Source: an uncultured delta proteobacterium (GTDB lineage Bacteria; Myxococcota_A; Polyangia; Polyangiales; Polyangiaceae). Taken from it: a stretch of DNA of 64,000 bases. The stretch spans positions 416,001 through 480,000 of the forward strand of contig CAWJCS010000003.1 of the NCBI GenBank assembly GCA_963841435.1. The letters run 5' to 3'. Position 1 is the stretch's first letter; each line of letters opens with the position of its first letter. Made by a program: the position numbers and the translations under genes. Under the pieces are notes generated by a model. The model was given only the letters and a program-made list of their open reading frames with translations, did no database searches and had not been told where the DNA came from. Below, in pieces: positions 20,465-30,104 of the stretch.

Positions 20465-21721
20465 ATGAGCGACGAGTCGGACGACGTTGACGATCTGTGG
20501 GGCACACCCGACAGCGAGACCGAAGCTGCGCCGAAGCCCCAGCCGACTCCGTCGAAGCCCGCGAGCGAGGCCCCCGCGCCGGCGCGCGTGCAAACAGCGG
20601 CAAGCTCGGTCCCTCCGCGGACCACGAGCAGTGTGCCGCGGCCGGCAAGCAGCAGCCCGCCGGCCGCGACGAAGGCCGAAAGCTCGCCACCGCGCTCGAG
20701 TGAGCCCACGCCCCCATTGAAAAGCACGCCTCCGGAGGGCATGGCGCGGGCGAGCCATCCTGCCGCGGCACGCAGCGCTCCGCCGGGCGGCTCGGCGTCG
20801 ACGCCGAGCGGCGCGCCCGGCCCGGGTGCCTTCACGACACGGGGCAGCGCGCCCGGCTCGGCATCGTCGCCGCCAGGCTCGCTCAGCCCGACCGTGCGCA
20901 CGGTGCCGTCGAGGCAAGCCACGCTGATCGGTATCCCCGCCCCCAGCGTCGTTCTCCCGGGCGCGAAGCCTCCCGTCGAGCCCGAGGCGACACCCGCGGC
21001 CGAGCGCAAAGCCGACGCGCCGGTCGCCGCGCCGCATGAGCCCGTGCAGGCGGCAGCGCCCCGCGAGGAGCCCGCACACAAGACGCGCCGCGACGCGGAA
21101 ACGCTGCGCGTGGGACGCGATGCCGCAGCACGAACGCGTCCCCCCGAGCCCCCCGCACGCGAGCCGCATGGCTCGACCACGCGGAATCTCCTGATCGTGA
21201 GCGCGGTGCTCGCTGCTGCGATTCTCGGCGGCAGGGCGTACCTGCAAGAACGAGCGGACGCGCTGCCGCCACCGCCGCCGGCTGTCGACACCGCCGCGGT
21301 GGCGCCCGTTGCGGAGCCCCCCAAGGCCGAGCTGCCCAAGGCCGAGCCGGCACCGCCCCCAGCTGCCACGGCAGACACCGAGGAGCCCACCGCAAGCGCC
21401 GAGCCGGCGGCAAGCGCGGCCGCCGCACCCGAGCCAGCCGAAGGCGCGTCCGCAGCCCCCGCGGCGATGGCAAGTGCCGCTCCGAGCGCCTCGGCGCCCC
21501 CCGCGAGCGCCGAGGGCACGCGCACGGTCGTCGTCACGATCAGCCCCGCCAAGGGCAGGCTCTGGCACAGGGGCAAGGCCGTCGGCTCGTCGCCCGTCAC
21601 GATCCACCTCGCGCCCGGCGAGAAGCGCGCCTACGAGGTCGGTAGCCCTGGCTGGGTGACACGGCGGCTCGTGGTCGACGGCAGCAAGCCCGAGATCTTC
21701 ATCGGGCTGAAGCCCGAGTAG
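20465..21721 (+). CDS. Pro/Ala-rich single-pass membrane protein with small C-terminal beta (PEGA-like) domain
   Basis: Long low-complexity N-terminus, TM segment LLIVSAVLAAAILGG, C-terminal VVVTISPAKG...VGSSPVTI...PGWVTRRLVVDGS. Confidence 0.7.
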   Translation: MSDESDDVDDLWGTPDSETEAAPKPQPTPSKPASEAPAPARVQTAASSVPPRTTSSVPRPASSSPPAATKAESSPPRSSEPTPPLKSTPPEGMARASHPAAARSAPPGGSASTPSGAPGPGAFTTRGSAPGSASSPPGSLSPTVRTVPSRQATLIGIPAPSVVLPGAKPPVEPEATPAAERKADAPVAAPHEPVQAAAPREEPAHKTRRDAETLRVGRDAAARTRPPEPPAREPHGSTTRNLLIVSAVLAAAILGGRAYLQERADALPPPPPAVDTAAVAPVAEPPKAELPKAEPAPPPAATADTEEPTASAEPAASAAAAPEPAEGASAAPAAMASAAPSASAPPASAEGTRTVVVTISPAKGRLWHRGKAVGSSPVTIHLAPGEKRAYEVGSPGWVTRRLVVDGSKPEIFIGLKPE

Positions 21722-21745
21722 TCGGAGCGCGAGCGGCTCCAACGC

Positions 21746-22995
21746 TTGGTCGCACCCTTGCCACCCGACACGGCGTCGCCCGTCCGGGCGCTGCCGCGCC
21801 TGTCGCTCATGTTCTCGATCGAGATCGCGAGCGTCGCGGCGTTCGCGCCGCTCCTGTCGCTGCACGCCCGCGAGGGTCTCGGGCTCACGCCGCTCGAAAC
21901 GAGCCTCGTTTTCGCCACGGGCCCGCTGACGGCCATGATCGGGCCGCCGCTCGCCGGCTGGCTCGCCGATCGAGTGTTGCGCGCCGAGCTCGCGCTCTCC
22001 GCAACGAGCCTCGCCCGCGCCGCTGCGCTCGTTCTCGCGGGTCACGCCGTGGGTTTCGGCGATCTGCTGCTCGCGATGGCCCTCCACGGATTTTCTGGGG
22101 CAACAGCGGCGTGCTCATCAACACCATCGCCTTCTCGCACCTGCCCGACGCCCGGCGCGTCGGGCGTGCCCGCGTCTGGGGCACGGTGAGCTGGGTGTTG
22201 ATGATCTGGCTCGTGATGGGCTTCGTGGGACGCTCCGGGGCGCGAGGCTCGGAGCTTCACGCCCTCCACGCCACGTTCTACGCGGCGGCCTTCATGGCCG
22301 CCTGTCAGGCCCTGTACGCGCTCACGCTGCCGAGGACGGCGCCGGCCCCGGCGTCGCGCCGATTGCGCGATTCGCTCGGAGCGCTCGACCTCTTCCGGTC
22401 GCCGCGCTTTTCGCTCGCGCTGCTCGTGGCGCTCCTCTACGGCGCGCTCATGCAGCTAAATCTCATGCTCCAGGGGCTGTTTTTCGCGGCGCCGGACGGT
22501 CTCGGGCTCTCGCCGTCGGCGGCCGGCCGCGCAACGACGGTTTCCCAGCTGCTCGAGCTCGCGCTGTTCCCGCTGCTCAACGTGCTCTTGGACCGCTTCG
22601 GCGTGCGGCGCGTCGTGCTCGTTGGCGTCGCGGCGTGGGTGCTGCGCTACGCCGCCTATTACGCGGGCGGGCCGACGTGGCTCGTCGTGCTCGCGCAGCT
22701 TCTGCACGGTCCAAACTTCGTGCTCGGCTTCGTGGGCCTTCAGATTGCGGTCGAGCTGATGGCACCGCCCGGCATGCGCGCCAGAGCGCAGGCGGCCTTC
22801 ATCACGAGCTCGTCGGGCATCGGCAGCCTCCTCGGTCAGCTCGGCTGCGGCTTGCTGCTCGCGGCGGGCGCGCGGCCGGGCGGCGGCTACGCCTGGCCGC
22901 TCGTCTTCGCGGGGCCGCTCGCGGTCTCCATCGTCGCGACGATCGTCACGCACTTCGGCGTGCGCGACACACCGCCCGAGGCGGGTCGCGCCTGA
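21746..22995 (+). CDS. MFS transporter (nucleoside:H+ symporter-like), -1 frameshift near 22095
   Basis: GWLADRVLRAE loop in the 5' ORF. RARVWGTVSW, SQLLEL, LLDRFGVRR, QLLHG, RARAQA in the 3' ORF. One base missing in ttttctgggg would join them. Confidence 0.8.
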
Positions 22996-23129
22996 GGCGA
23001 CCGGCCGCCACCGAAACACGTTGCGCGACCAGCGACACCGGACTCGCCGGCGCGGCCGCCGCGGCATGGCCGGCCGGCGGCCGGGCACCACGAACGCACG
23101 TTGACGCCTTTTTCCCCGGTGCACCCGCC

Positions 23130-23144
23130 GGCACGGCAATTGCT
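23130..23144 (+). promoter_or_regulatory. Candidate sigma54 promoter of recA
   Basis: GGCACGGCAATTGCT, GG-N10-GC, 50 nt upstream of the ATG. Confidence 0.7.
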
Positions 23145-23194
23145 CCGAGCTCTCGTACGCGCCGATTGCGGCGCTCGCAATCCGGAGCACGAAC

Positions 23195-24223
23195 ATGGTT
23201 GACGAAAAGAAGAAGCGTGAGGAAAGTCTCAAGGAGGCAGTGGCCTCGATCCAGAAAACCTACGGGGAGGGCTCGATCATGCGCTGGGGCGAAGCCCCGG
23301 CCGAGCCGATAGACGTTATTGCCACCGGTTCGCTCGCGCTCGACGAGGCACTCGGCATCGGCGGCTACCCGCGCGGCCGCATCGTGGAAATTTTCGGCCC
23401 CGAATCGAGCGGCAAGACGACGCTGACGCTGCACGCCATCGCCGAAATGCAGGCGGCCGGGGGAATCGCCGCGTTCATCGACGCCGAGCACGCCTTCGAC
23501 CTCGCGTACGCGCGCAACATCGGCATCGACGCGAAGAAGCTGCTCGTGTCACAGCCCGATTGCGGCGAGCAGGGCCTCGAAATCGCCGAGATGCTCACGC
23601 GCTCGGGCGCCGTCGACCTCGTCGTCGTCGATTCCGTGGCGGCGCTCGTGCCCAAGGCCGAGATTGAAGGTGACATGGGCGACGCTCACATGGGCCTCCA
23701 GGCCCGACTCATGAGCCAGGCGTTGCGCAAGCTCACCGCCGTGGCCCACCGCGCCCACACCACGCTCGTCTTCATCAACCAACTTCGCCAGAAGATCGGT
23801 GTCGTCTTCGGCAGCCCCGAGACGACCCCGGGTGGCCAGGCGCTCAAGTTCTACTCGAGCGTGCGGCTCGACGTGCGTCGCATCGGCAAGGTGACGCTCG
23901 GAGAGAGCGTGGTCGGCAACCGCACACGGGTGAGAGTCGTGAAGAACAAATGCTCGCCGCCCTTCACCGAAGCGGAATTCGACATCCGCTGGGGCGTCGG
24001 TATCGACTCCATCGCGGACCTCGTCGAGACGGCCCTCGCCGCCGGCGTGCTCGAAAAGAGCGGCTCCCACCTCACGCTCGCCGGCAAGAGCATCGGTCAG
24101 GGCCGCGACAAGACGCGCGACACGCTGACGGCCAATCCCGATCTCTTCGCCGCGATAGAGCGCGCGACGCTCGAGGCGCTGCCATCGAAGGCGCGGCGAG
24201 CGGCCACGAAGCAGGCAGCTTAG
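23195..24223 (+). CDS. recA: Recombinase RecA (divergent, probably the second myxobacterial paralogue)
   Basis: [62 protein letters not shown]. Confidence 0.96.
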   Translation: MVDEKKKREESLKEAVASIQKTYGEGSIMRWGEAPAEPIDVIATGSLALDEALGIGGYPRGRIVEIFGPESSGKTTLTLHAIAEMQAAGGIAAFIDAEHAFDLAYARNIGIDAKKLLVSQPDCGEQGLEIAEMLTRSGAVDLVVVDSVAALVPKAEIEGDMGDAHMGLQARLMSQALRKLTAVAHRAHTTLVFINQLRQKIGVVFGSPETTPGGQALKFYSSVRLDVRRIGKVTLGESVVGNRTRVRVVKNKCSPPFTEAEFDIRWGVGIDSIADLVETALAAGVLEKSGSHLTLAGKSIGQGRDKTRDTLTANPDLFAAIERATLEALPSKARRAATKQAA

Positions 24224-24270
24224 GGGGGCCCGGTTGACCCGCGCGTCTTCGGGCGATAATCTTGTAGATC

Positions 24271-24921
24271 ATGGTGAAAATGGGAGGATTGGGTCTCGCG
24301 GTGGCTTTCCTTGCGCTCGCTCGCCCGGCGCTTGCCGACGAGGCGGCCGAGCCGGCGGGCGACGACGCGGCGGTCGTCGTGGGGAAGGAGACGGGTAAGG
24401 CCGTCGTCACCGTGGAATCGAGCGGTACCGCCGTGACCGTGGCGCAGATCACCGACCGTATGGCGGCGACGGGTTACGGGGCGGGTGGGACCGTCACCGT
24501 CGTCGGCGTCGCCTACCGTGACCTCTGTGTGACGCCCTGCACCTTCGAAATCAAGCCGGGTCTGCACGAGATCGGCGTGCACGGCGACGGAGTCAGCGGC
24601 GCCACCGAGCAGTTCGACCTCCAGAGCGGGCCGAACAAGCTCCGTGCCGCGCCCGGCTCGGCTTGGCTCGCCTACGGCGGCTACGTGACCACAGTGATCG
24701 GCGGCACGGGTCTAGTCATCGGCGTGGTGTTCCTGTTCGTGAGCGACGACGTGATGGATTTCCCGGCGCTCCCGCTGACCCTGATCGGCGCGGGCACCAC
24801 GGGTCTGGGCATCGGCATGATGGTGGCGGGCTCGACGTCGCTCGACAAGGTGGGCTCGGCGAAGGCGCCAACCCTCACGGGGCGCTTGCCGAACAGCCTC
24901 GTCTTGCGTGGCACGTTCTAG
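24271..24921 (+). CDS. Hypothetical exported/membrane protein (PEGA-like domain plus two C-terminal hydrophobic segments)
   Basis: Signal peptide, LCVTPC motif, two Gly-rich hydrophobic helices, ends LRGTF. Confidence 0.7.
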   Translation: MVKMGGLGLAVAFLALARPALADEAAEPAGDDAAVVVGKETGKAVVTVESSGTAVTVAQITDRMAATGYGAGGTVTVVGVAYRDLCVTPCTFEIKPGLHEIGVHGDGVSGATEQFDLQSGPNKLRAAPGSAWLAYGGYVTTVIGGTGLVIGVVFLFVSDDVMDFPALPLTLIGAGTTGLGIGMMVAGSTSLDKVGSAKAPTLTGRLPNSLVLRGTF

Positions 24922-25060
24922 CGCCCCGCCCGCCGCCGATTGGACCGAGCCTGAGACGAGCACGCCACGGGTGTCGCGACCGTGGCCGCAACTGTGCCGC
25001 CGCGGGCCACCGATTGGCGGGCGGAGGCCGAATGGACGCCCGAAGGCACACCCGGTAAGC

Positions 25061-25075
25061 GGCGCGGTTCTTGCT
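25061..25075 (+). promoter_or_regulatory. Candidate sigma54 promoter of the Kunitz-domain lipoprotein gene
   Basis: GGCGCGGTTCTTGCT, GG-N10-GC, 15 nt before ATG 25091. Confidence 0.5.
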
Positions 25076-25090
25076 CGCTCCCACGAGACA

Positions 25091-25972
25091 ATGGGCCGAG
25101 CATTCGCGTTCGTCTTGGCGATGGGGGCAGTGGCCACCGCGTGCGGCGGCCAGAGCGTCGGAGAGCAGGGAGGCACCGGCGCGGTCGGCACCGGCGGCGG
25201 CAGCGGCGGGTCCAGGCCCGGGGTGGGCGGGACGAGCGGCTCAGGGACGGGCGGGACGAGCGGCTCAGGGACGGGCGGGACGAGCGGCTCAGGGACGGGC
25301 GGGAGCCCGACGCTCGGCACGTGCTCCGCGCCCGTCGAGGTCATGCCGGGCCCCTGCCATGGCGCCGTCGTTCACGATCCCGATAGCGGCGAGTGCCGAC
25401 ACACGGGCGACGGCAGCTGCGCCTCCGGGGAAAACCAGTTCGGGAGCTTCGTCGACTGCCTTTCGACCTGCAACGGCGCCCGCCCGTCCCTGCGCGGCTG
25501 CGATCAAGCGATTCAATGCGCCGTCGCGAGCGTCGGCTGCTGCGGCCTGTGTGGCGACGAGGACATCGGACGAACGATCGGCGTCAACCGGGCGCGCCTG
25601 GAAGACTACCGACCCTGCGGTGACGTTCTTTGCGAACAGTGCCCCGAGGTCCCCGAAGCTTCACGCACGACGCAGTACTTCGTCCCGGCGTGCGTCGATT
25701 CCGAGTGCACCGTCACCGACCTCAGGACGACGGACGCGACGGCGTGCACCGTGGACGAGCAGTGCTTTCTGCGTCTCGGCACCGCCTGCTGCGAAGCGTG
25801 CGGCGGGAACGGCTTCGCCGCGCTGAGCTCGACCGCGTTTCTAGCCCAGGAGTGCGGCTTCGATTACGGCTGCCCCGACTGCGTCACGCCCGAGCCGCCT
25901 GAAGGGATGACGACCCGTTGCGTCGACGGTCGCTGCCGTGTCGTGCCGCCTCCGATGAGCGGCGGGGGCTGA
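25091..25972 (+). CDS. Cys-rich lipoprotein with BPTI/Kunitz-like domain and two Cys-rich repeats
   Basis: Lipobox VATAC. Six-Cys CSAP..PGPC...SGEC...GSC.SGENQF...DCLSTC, then C-x5-C...CC.xC modules twice. Confidence 0.75.
   Translation: MGRAFAFVLAMGAVATACGGQSVGEQGGTGAVGTGGGSGGSRPGVGGTSGSGTGGTSGSGTGGTSGSGTGGSPTLGTCSAPVEVMPGPCHGAVVHDPDSGECRHTGDGSCASGENQFGSFVDCLSTCNGARPSLRGCDQAIQCAVASVGCCGLCGDEDIGRTIGVNRARLEDYRPCGDVLCEQCPEVPEASRTTQYFVPACVDSECTVTDLRTTDATACTVDEQCFLRLGTACCEACGGNGFAALSSTAFLAQECGFDYGCPDCVTPEPPEGMTTRCVDGRCRVVPPPMSGGG
25225..25304 (+). repeat. Perfect 24-bp tandem repeat x3 plus partial (GGTSGSGT linker)
   Basis: gggcgggacgagcggctcagggac at 25225, 25249 and 25273. Confidence 0.95.
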
Positions 25973-26005
25973 CGAACGGGTGGAGGCCGGGCGCGGCCAC
26001 GACTC

Positions 26006-26686
26006 TCAGCGCAGCCCGATTTCCCAACGGAAAAGCGGCGCGACCTTCGTGAAGTGACGAGCAACGAAGCCGACGAAGGCCGGCGTACCGAGCTCCTTGG
26101 GGTGACGCCCCTCCCACGACGCATAGAGCCCACCGTGCTTTAGCAGCAGAACGCGGGGGTGAGCGGGGTCCACGCCGCTCGGCGGACGCTTGTAGGTTTC
26201 ACGGCCGACCTCGTAGCCCGCCGCGCGCAATGCTTTCACGACCTTCGCGAGCGCGGGGCCACGCTTGTCGTCGAGCACCGCCTTGCGGTAGGCGGCGAGC
26301 ACGGGCGGCGTGAAGCCGTGCATGCCGGCACCGAGCATCAGCTTGGTCGGCGTCAGGCGAAAGAAGAAGCCCGGGCGGTCCCAGCCTTTCTTTGGTCCGT
26401 GCCAGAACCAGAGATCGAGGTGGTCTTTGTAGGGAGCCTTGTCGCGGGCGAAGCGCGTGTCGCGGTGGATGCGCAGGATCGAGCCGTTCGGCTTCGAGAT
26501 CGCCTGCAAGGCCGGATCGATCTTTTCGAGGCGCGGCGCGAGCGCGTCGACGAAGTCACGCGCTGGAGCGAGGTACTGTGCCTCGTAGTCGTCGCGGTGC
26601 GCGTCGAACCACGCCTTTTCGTTGTGACGCGAAAGACCGCCGAGAAACTTCACCGTGCCGAGCGGAAACCCCGAAAATGCCATCAC
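26006..26686 (-). CDS. DUF2461 / TIGR02453 family protein
   Basis: FSGFP..TVKFLGGLSRHNEKAWFDAHRDDYE and ILRIHRDTRFARDKAPYK. Confidence 0.9.
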   Translation of the reverse strand: MMAFSGFPLGTVKFLGGLSRHNEKAWFDAHRDDYEAQYLAPARDFVDALAPRLEKIDPALQAISKPNGSILRIHRDTRFARDKAPYKDHLDLWFWHGPKKGWDRPGFFFRLTPTKLMLGAGMHGFTPPVLAAYRKAVLDDKRGPALAKVVKALRAAGYEVGRETYKRPPSGVDPAHPRVLLLKHGGLYASWEGRHPKELGTPAFVGFVARHFTKVAPLFRWEIGLR

Positions 26687-26742
26687 GCGAAGCTAACATT
26701 TCGCGGCGTTCGTTCCGGCACCCCGCGATCCCCGAAGCCGAC

Positions 26743-27102
26743 TCAGGGCGCGCCGCAGGCGAGCCACTCGCCGAGCTTTCGCCGCTCGTCGAGCGGCACC
26801 GAGCCATCTTGGGGCATGTAGGTGTTCGTGGCGTTCGGCCCCGCAGCGGCCGCCCGATCGATCGCACTTTGTTGGACCTGGACGGCCTCGAGCGTCGAGA
26901 GGATGGGGCGCTCCTTTCGGTCGTGGCATTCGGCGCAGTACGTGATGATGAACGCTCGCCCGAAGCTCTCGTACGTCAGGGTCGAGCCTGCGGGGCACGT
27001 GCTCCCGGTGGCCGGCCCGAGCCCTTGCTGGTCGTCTCCACCGGAGCAGCCCGTGCCCGCAAGGGCGGCAAGAACCGTCAGGAAACCTACGAAGGCCCCC
27101 AC
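26743..27102 (-). CDS. Small lipoprotein with single c-type heme motif
   Basis: LAALAGTGC lipobox, LTYESFGRAF...YCAECH, MP distal Met candidate, ERRKLGEWLACGAP. Start uncertain (27102 or 27132). Confidence 0.72.
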   Translation of the reverse strand: MGAFVGFLTVLAALAGTGCSGGDDQQGLGPATGSTCPAGSTLTYESFGRAFIITYCAECHDRKERPILSTLEAVQVQQSAIDRAAAAGPNATNTYMPQDGSVPLDERRKLGEWLACGAP

Positions 27103-27232
27103 GCCGCCGAACGACCCGAAACAGCCAAGCAAGGCGGAGAAACAATAGCGTAACCCGCCCGAAGGGCTACTCGCCCGGCGCACCGACGAGGTCGCGCGTC
27201 GTGTGGCGGCCGTGCTAAGGGTTCGGGGTCCC

Positions 27233-28594
27233 ATGCGCTCCAGCGAGGGGAGCACCACGGTCACCGAAGTGGGCACGTCGCGGCCCCGCAACGAGGTGCC
27301 CGGACTCAGGCTCGTCTGGGTGTTCCCGAGCCCGGGCGAGCCCATCGTGCGGCTCGCCGGACCGGCCGGCTCGGAAGTCGTGCTCGGGCGTGACGAGTCG
27401 TCGGGCGTGCGGCTTTCCGGCGAGGGGGTGTCCCGGCGCCACGCCGTGTTGCGCTTCGATGCCGAGGGCGTGGTGTCGCTCTCCGACCTGGGCAGCCGGA
27501 ACGGGACGCACATCGACGGGCGACCCATCGACTCGGCGTGGCTGCGGCCGGGCATGGTCGTGAGGCTTGGAGGCTGGGTCGGCGTCGTGACGGCCCATCC
27601 CGGCGAGCTCCGCGAGATCGCCGCCGGTCTGTTCGGCGGCGCGCGGCTCGAGGAGGCGCTCGCGCCGCTCCGGCGCGTGGCGCCGAGCGATCTGCCGATC
27701 GTCATCGAGGGCGAGACGGGAACGGGCAAGGAGCTCGTCGCGCACGCCGTGCACGCCTGGAGCGGACGGACGGGGCCGTTCGTGGCCGTGAACTGCGCAG
27801 CGCTGCCGGAGGCGCTCGCCGAGGGAGAGCTGTTCGGCTACCGGCGCGGGGCCTTCACGGGTGCCGAGCGCGCGAGCCCGGGGCTGCTCCGGAGCGCGGC
27901 CGGAGGCACGCTCCTGCTCGACGAGGTCTCCGACCTTTCCCCGGCCGTGCAGGCGAAGCTGTTGCGTGCCATCGAGCAGCGCGAGGTGCAGCCGCTCGGC
28001 GAGACCCGCCCGCTCGCCATCGACGTGCGGCTCGTGGTGGCCGGTCAGGAAAGCCTGCTCCGCGCCGTGCAAAAAGGGCATTTCCGCGCGGACCTGCTGG
28101 CGCGCCTCGAGGGGCTCACGCTGCTCCTGCCACCGCTCCGCGAGCGGCGCGAAGACGTGCTCCCGCTGTTTTCGAGGTTCCTTCGCGACGAAGGCGCGGG
28201 CCGTGCGCCAGCGCTCGATGCCGACTTCGTCGAGCGGCTCCTCGTCCACGACTGGCCGTTCAACGTGCGCGAGCTCGGACTTCTCGCGCGGCGGCTCGTC
28301 GTCCTGCACGGCTCGGACGCGACGCTCGGTGTGGAACAGCTGCCGGATCGGATGCTCGAGCCGAGCGAAGCTCCGACTCCGGCCGAGGCGGCCCGCCCGA
28401 CGCCGACCAAGCCGCTCACGCCGCCGGAGCCGGTCGAGCTACCGGCGCTCGTGACCGCGCTGCGCACCGCGGGAGGCAACGTCGCGCGCGCGGCGGCCAT
28501 GCTCGGCATCACGCGCCAACGCGCCTATCGCTTGATGGAGGGCCACGCCGTCAACCTCGACGCGCTGAGGGCGAAGGAAGGGCGCGACCCGTGA
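27233..28594 (+). CDS. FHA-domain sigma54-dependent enhancer-binding protein (FHA-AAA+-Fis HTH)
   Basis: FHA motifs LGR, VSRRHA, DLGSRNGT. AAA+ motifs GETGTGKE, GAFTGA, LLDEV, WPFNVREL. HTH GNVARAAAMLGITR. Confidence 0.93.
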   Translation: MRSSEGSTTVTEVGTSRPRNEVPGLRLVWVFPSPGEPIVRLAGPAGSEVVLGRDESSGVRLSGEGVSRRHAVLRFDAEGVVSLSDLGSRNGTHIDGRPIDSAWLRPGMVVRLGGWVGVVTAHPGELREIAAGLFGGARLEEALAPLRRVAPSDLPIVIEGETGTGKELVAHAVHAWSGRTGPFVAVNCAALPEALAEGELFGYRRGAFTGAERASPGLLRSAAGGTLLLDEVSDLSPAVQAKLLRAIEQREVQPLGETRPLAIDVRLVVAGQESLLRAVQKGHFRADLLARLEGLTLLLPPLRERREDVLPLFSRFLRDEGAGRAPALDADFVERLLVHDWPFNVRELGLLARRLVVLHGSDATLGVEQLPDRMLEPSEAPTPAEAARPTPTKPLTPPEPVELPALVTALRTAGGNVARAAAMLGITRQRAYRLMEGHAVNLDALRAKEGRDP

Positions 28595-30033
28595 CGTCGC
28601 AGCCGAGCCGGCGCGCGCTCGGTCGGACGGTCGGAGACAAGTACCGGTTGGTGCGGTTTCTGGCCGCGGGCGGCATGGGCGCGGTGTACGAGGCCGAGCA
28701 CGTCCTCGTCGGGCGGCACTTCGCCGTGAAGTTCCTGCATCCCGATCTGGCGAAGCAGCGCGACCTCTTGAGCCGCTTCCAGCGCGAGGCGCGCGTCGCC
28801 GGGACGCTCGAGAGCGAAAACGTCGCGGCCACGGTCAACTTCGGGATCGCGGACGACGGCGCGCCGTACATCGTGATGGAGTACCTCGCTGGTGAGAGCC
28901 TGGAACGCTTGCTCGAGCGCGAGGGTCGCGTGCCCGTCGCGCGAGCGGCGGACCTCGTGCAGCAGGCGTGCCGCGGCGTGCAGGCGGCGCACGCCGCAGG
29001 CATCGTGCATCGCGACCTCAAGCCGCAAAATCTGTTCGTGTGCCGCCGGGAGGACGGCACCGACTTGCTGAAGGTGCTCGATTTCGGCGTCGCCAAGCTC
29101 GAGGCCCGCGACGCGAGCGCCGCGACGACGCGCACGGGCTCCGTGCTCGGCACGCCGGCCTACATGTCCCCGGAACAGGCTCGCGGCGACAAGGTGATCG
29201 ACCATCGAGCGGACGTCTACTCCCTCGGAGCCATCTTCTACGAGCTCGTCGCGGGCGAGAAGCCGCACCCCGGCGATTCGCCCAACGCCGTGCTGCATCA
29301 CATTGCGACCCAGCCGGCCGCACCGCTCGACGAGGTCGCGCTCGCACTGCCCGCCGGGCTCGCGAAAACGGTGGCCGGCGCCATCGATCCCGATCCCGAG
29401 CAGCGCCCCGAGAGCGCCGCCGCGCTTTGCGAAGCGCTCGACCGCTGGAGCGAACGCCGGGTGTGGCCGGCGGCGACTGCCTCGCCCCAGGCGAGCTCGA
29501 GCGCCGACGCCTCCGAAACGCTCCTCGCCTCGGAGCACGCGATCCCGACCGCGCCGGGCGAGCGCGCCCCCTCCGTACGCCCGGAGGGGGCGCGGGGCGC
29601 GGCGGAACCGCGGGCGCCGCGGAGCCTTCACCTCGCGTTCGGCGCCGCCATCGCCCTCTTTGCAATCGTCCTCGTGTGGGTCGCGACCCGCTCGCGCGCG
29701 CCGGCCGAGCTGGTCCCCGAAACAGTGAGCCTCCCCGCGGCGGCGGCGACCGAAGGCAACGGCGAGCCCGCCGCGACCGCGTCCGCCGTCACTGCCCTCC
29801 CGCCGCCCGTCGCCGACTCCGCACTGGCCGGAGGCTCGGTCGGCGCCGCGGCACCGCCCGCGGGCTCGATCACAGCCTCTGGCCCGCGTCCGACGAGCAG
29901 CGAGGCCGCCGGCGTGGCCGCGCCTCCGGTCCCCGCCGGGCCCAAGGCGCCACCTCCTTCGGCAGGGTCGGCTCACCTGCCCCACGAGCGGGTGGCGCCG
30001 GTACGCTTCGACCCCCGGAACCCATACGAGTAA
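28591..30033 (+). CDS. Membrane Ser/Thr protein kinase
   Basis: GGMGAVY, AVKFL, HRDLKPQN, KVLDFG, GTPAYMSPEQ, ADVYSLG, TM helix, ends DPRNPYE. GTGA overlap with the EBP gene. Confidence 0.94.
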   Translation: MTSQPSRRALGRTVGDKYRLVRFLAAGGMGAVYEAEHVLVGRHFAVKFLHPDLAKQRDLLSRFQREARVAGTLESENVAATVNFGIADDGAPYIVMEYLAGESLERLLEREGRVPVARAADLVQQACRGVQAAHAAGIVHRDLKPQNLFVCRREDGTDLLKVLDFGVAKLEARDASAATTRTGSVLGTPAYMSPEQARGDKVIDHRADVYSLGAIFYELVAGEKPHPGDSPNAVLHHIATQPAAPLDEVALALPAGLAKTVAGAIDPDPEQRPESAAALCEALDRWSERRVWPAATASPQASSSADASETLLASEHAIPTAPGERAPSVRPEGARGAAEPRAPRSLHLAFGAAIALFAIVLVWVATRSRAPAELVPETVSLPAAAATEGNGEPAATASAVTALPPPVADSALAGGSVGAAAPPAGSITASGPRPTSSEAAGVAAPPVPAGPKAPPPSAGSAHLPHERVAPVRFDPRNPYE

Positions 30034-30104
30034 GAACTCGTACGGTGCCGGTGTCACGGACGAGCCAAAACCTGTCGATCGCCCGTTGGGCGCTTTCATC
30101 CGCC

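Noticed and set aside
27538-28590. N-terminal extension of the kinase ORF (and similar extensions of ORFs 1700-3625, 28968-31139, 47765-49384, 49391-51712, 53598-55118)
   Set aside because: Arg-rich out-of-frame overlaps with upstream genes. True starts are at downstream ATG/GTG codons, mostly coupled to upstream stops.
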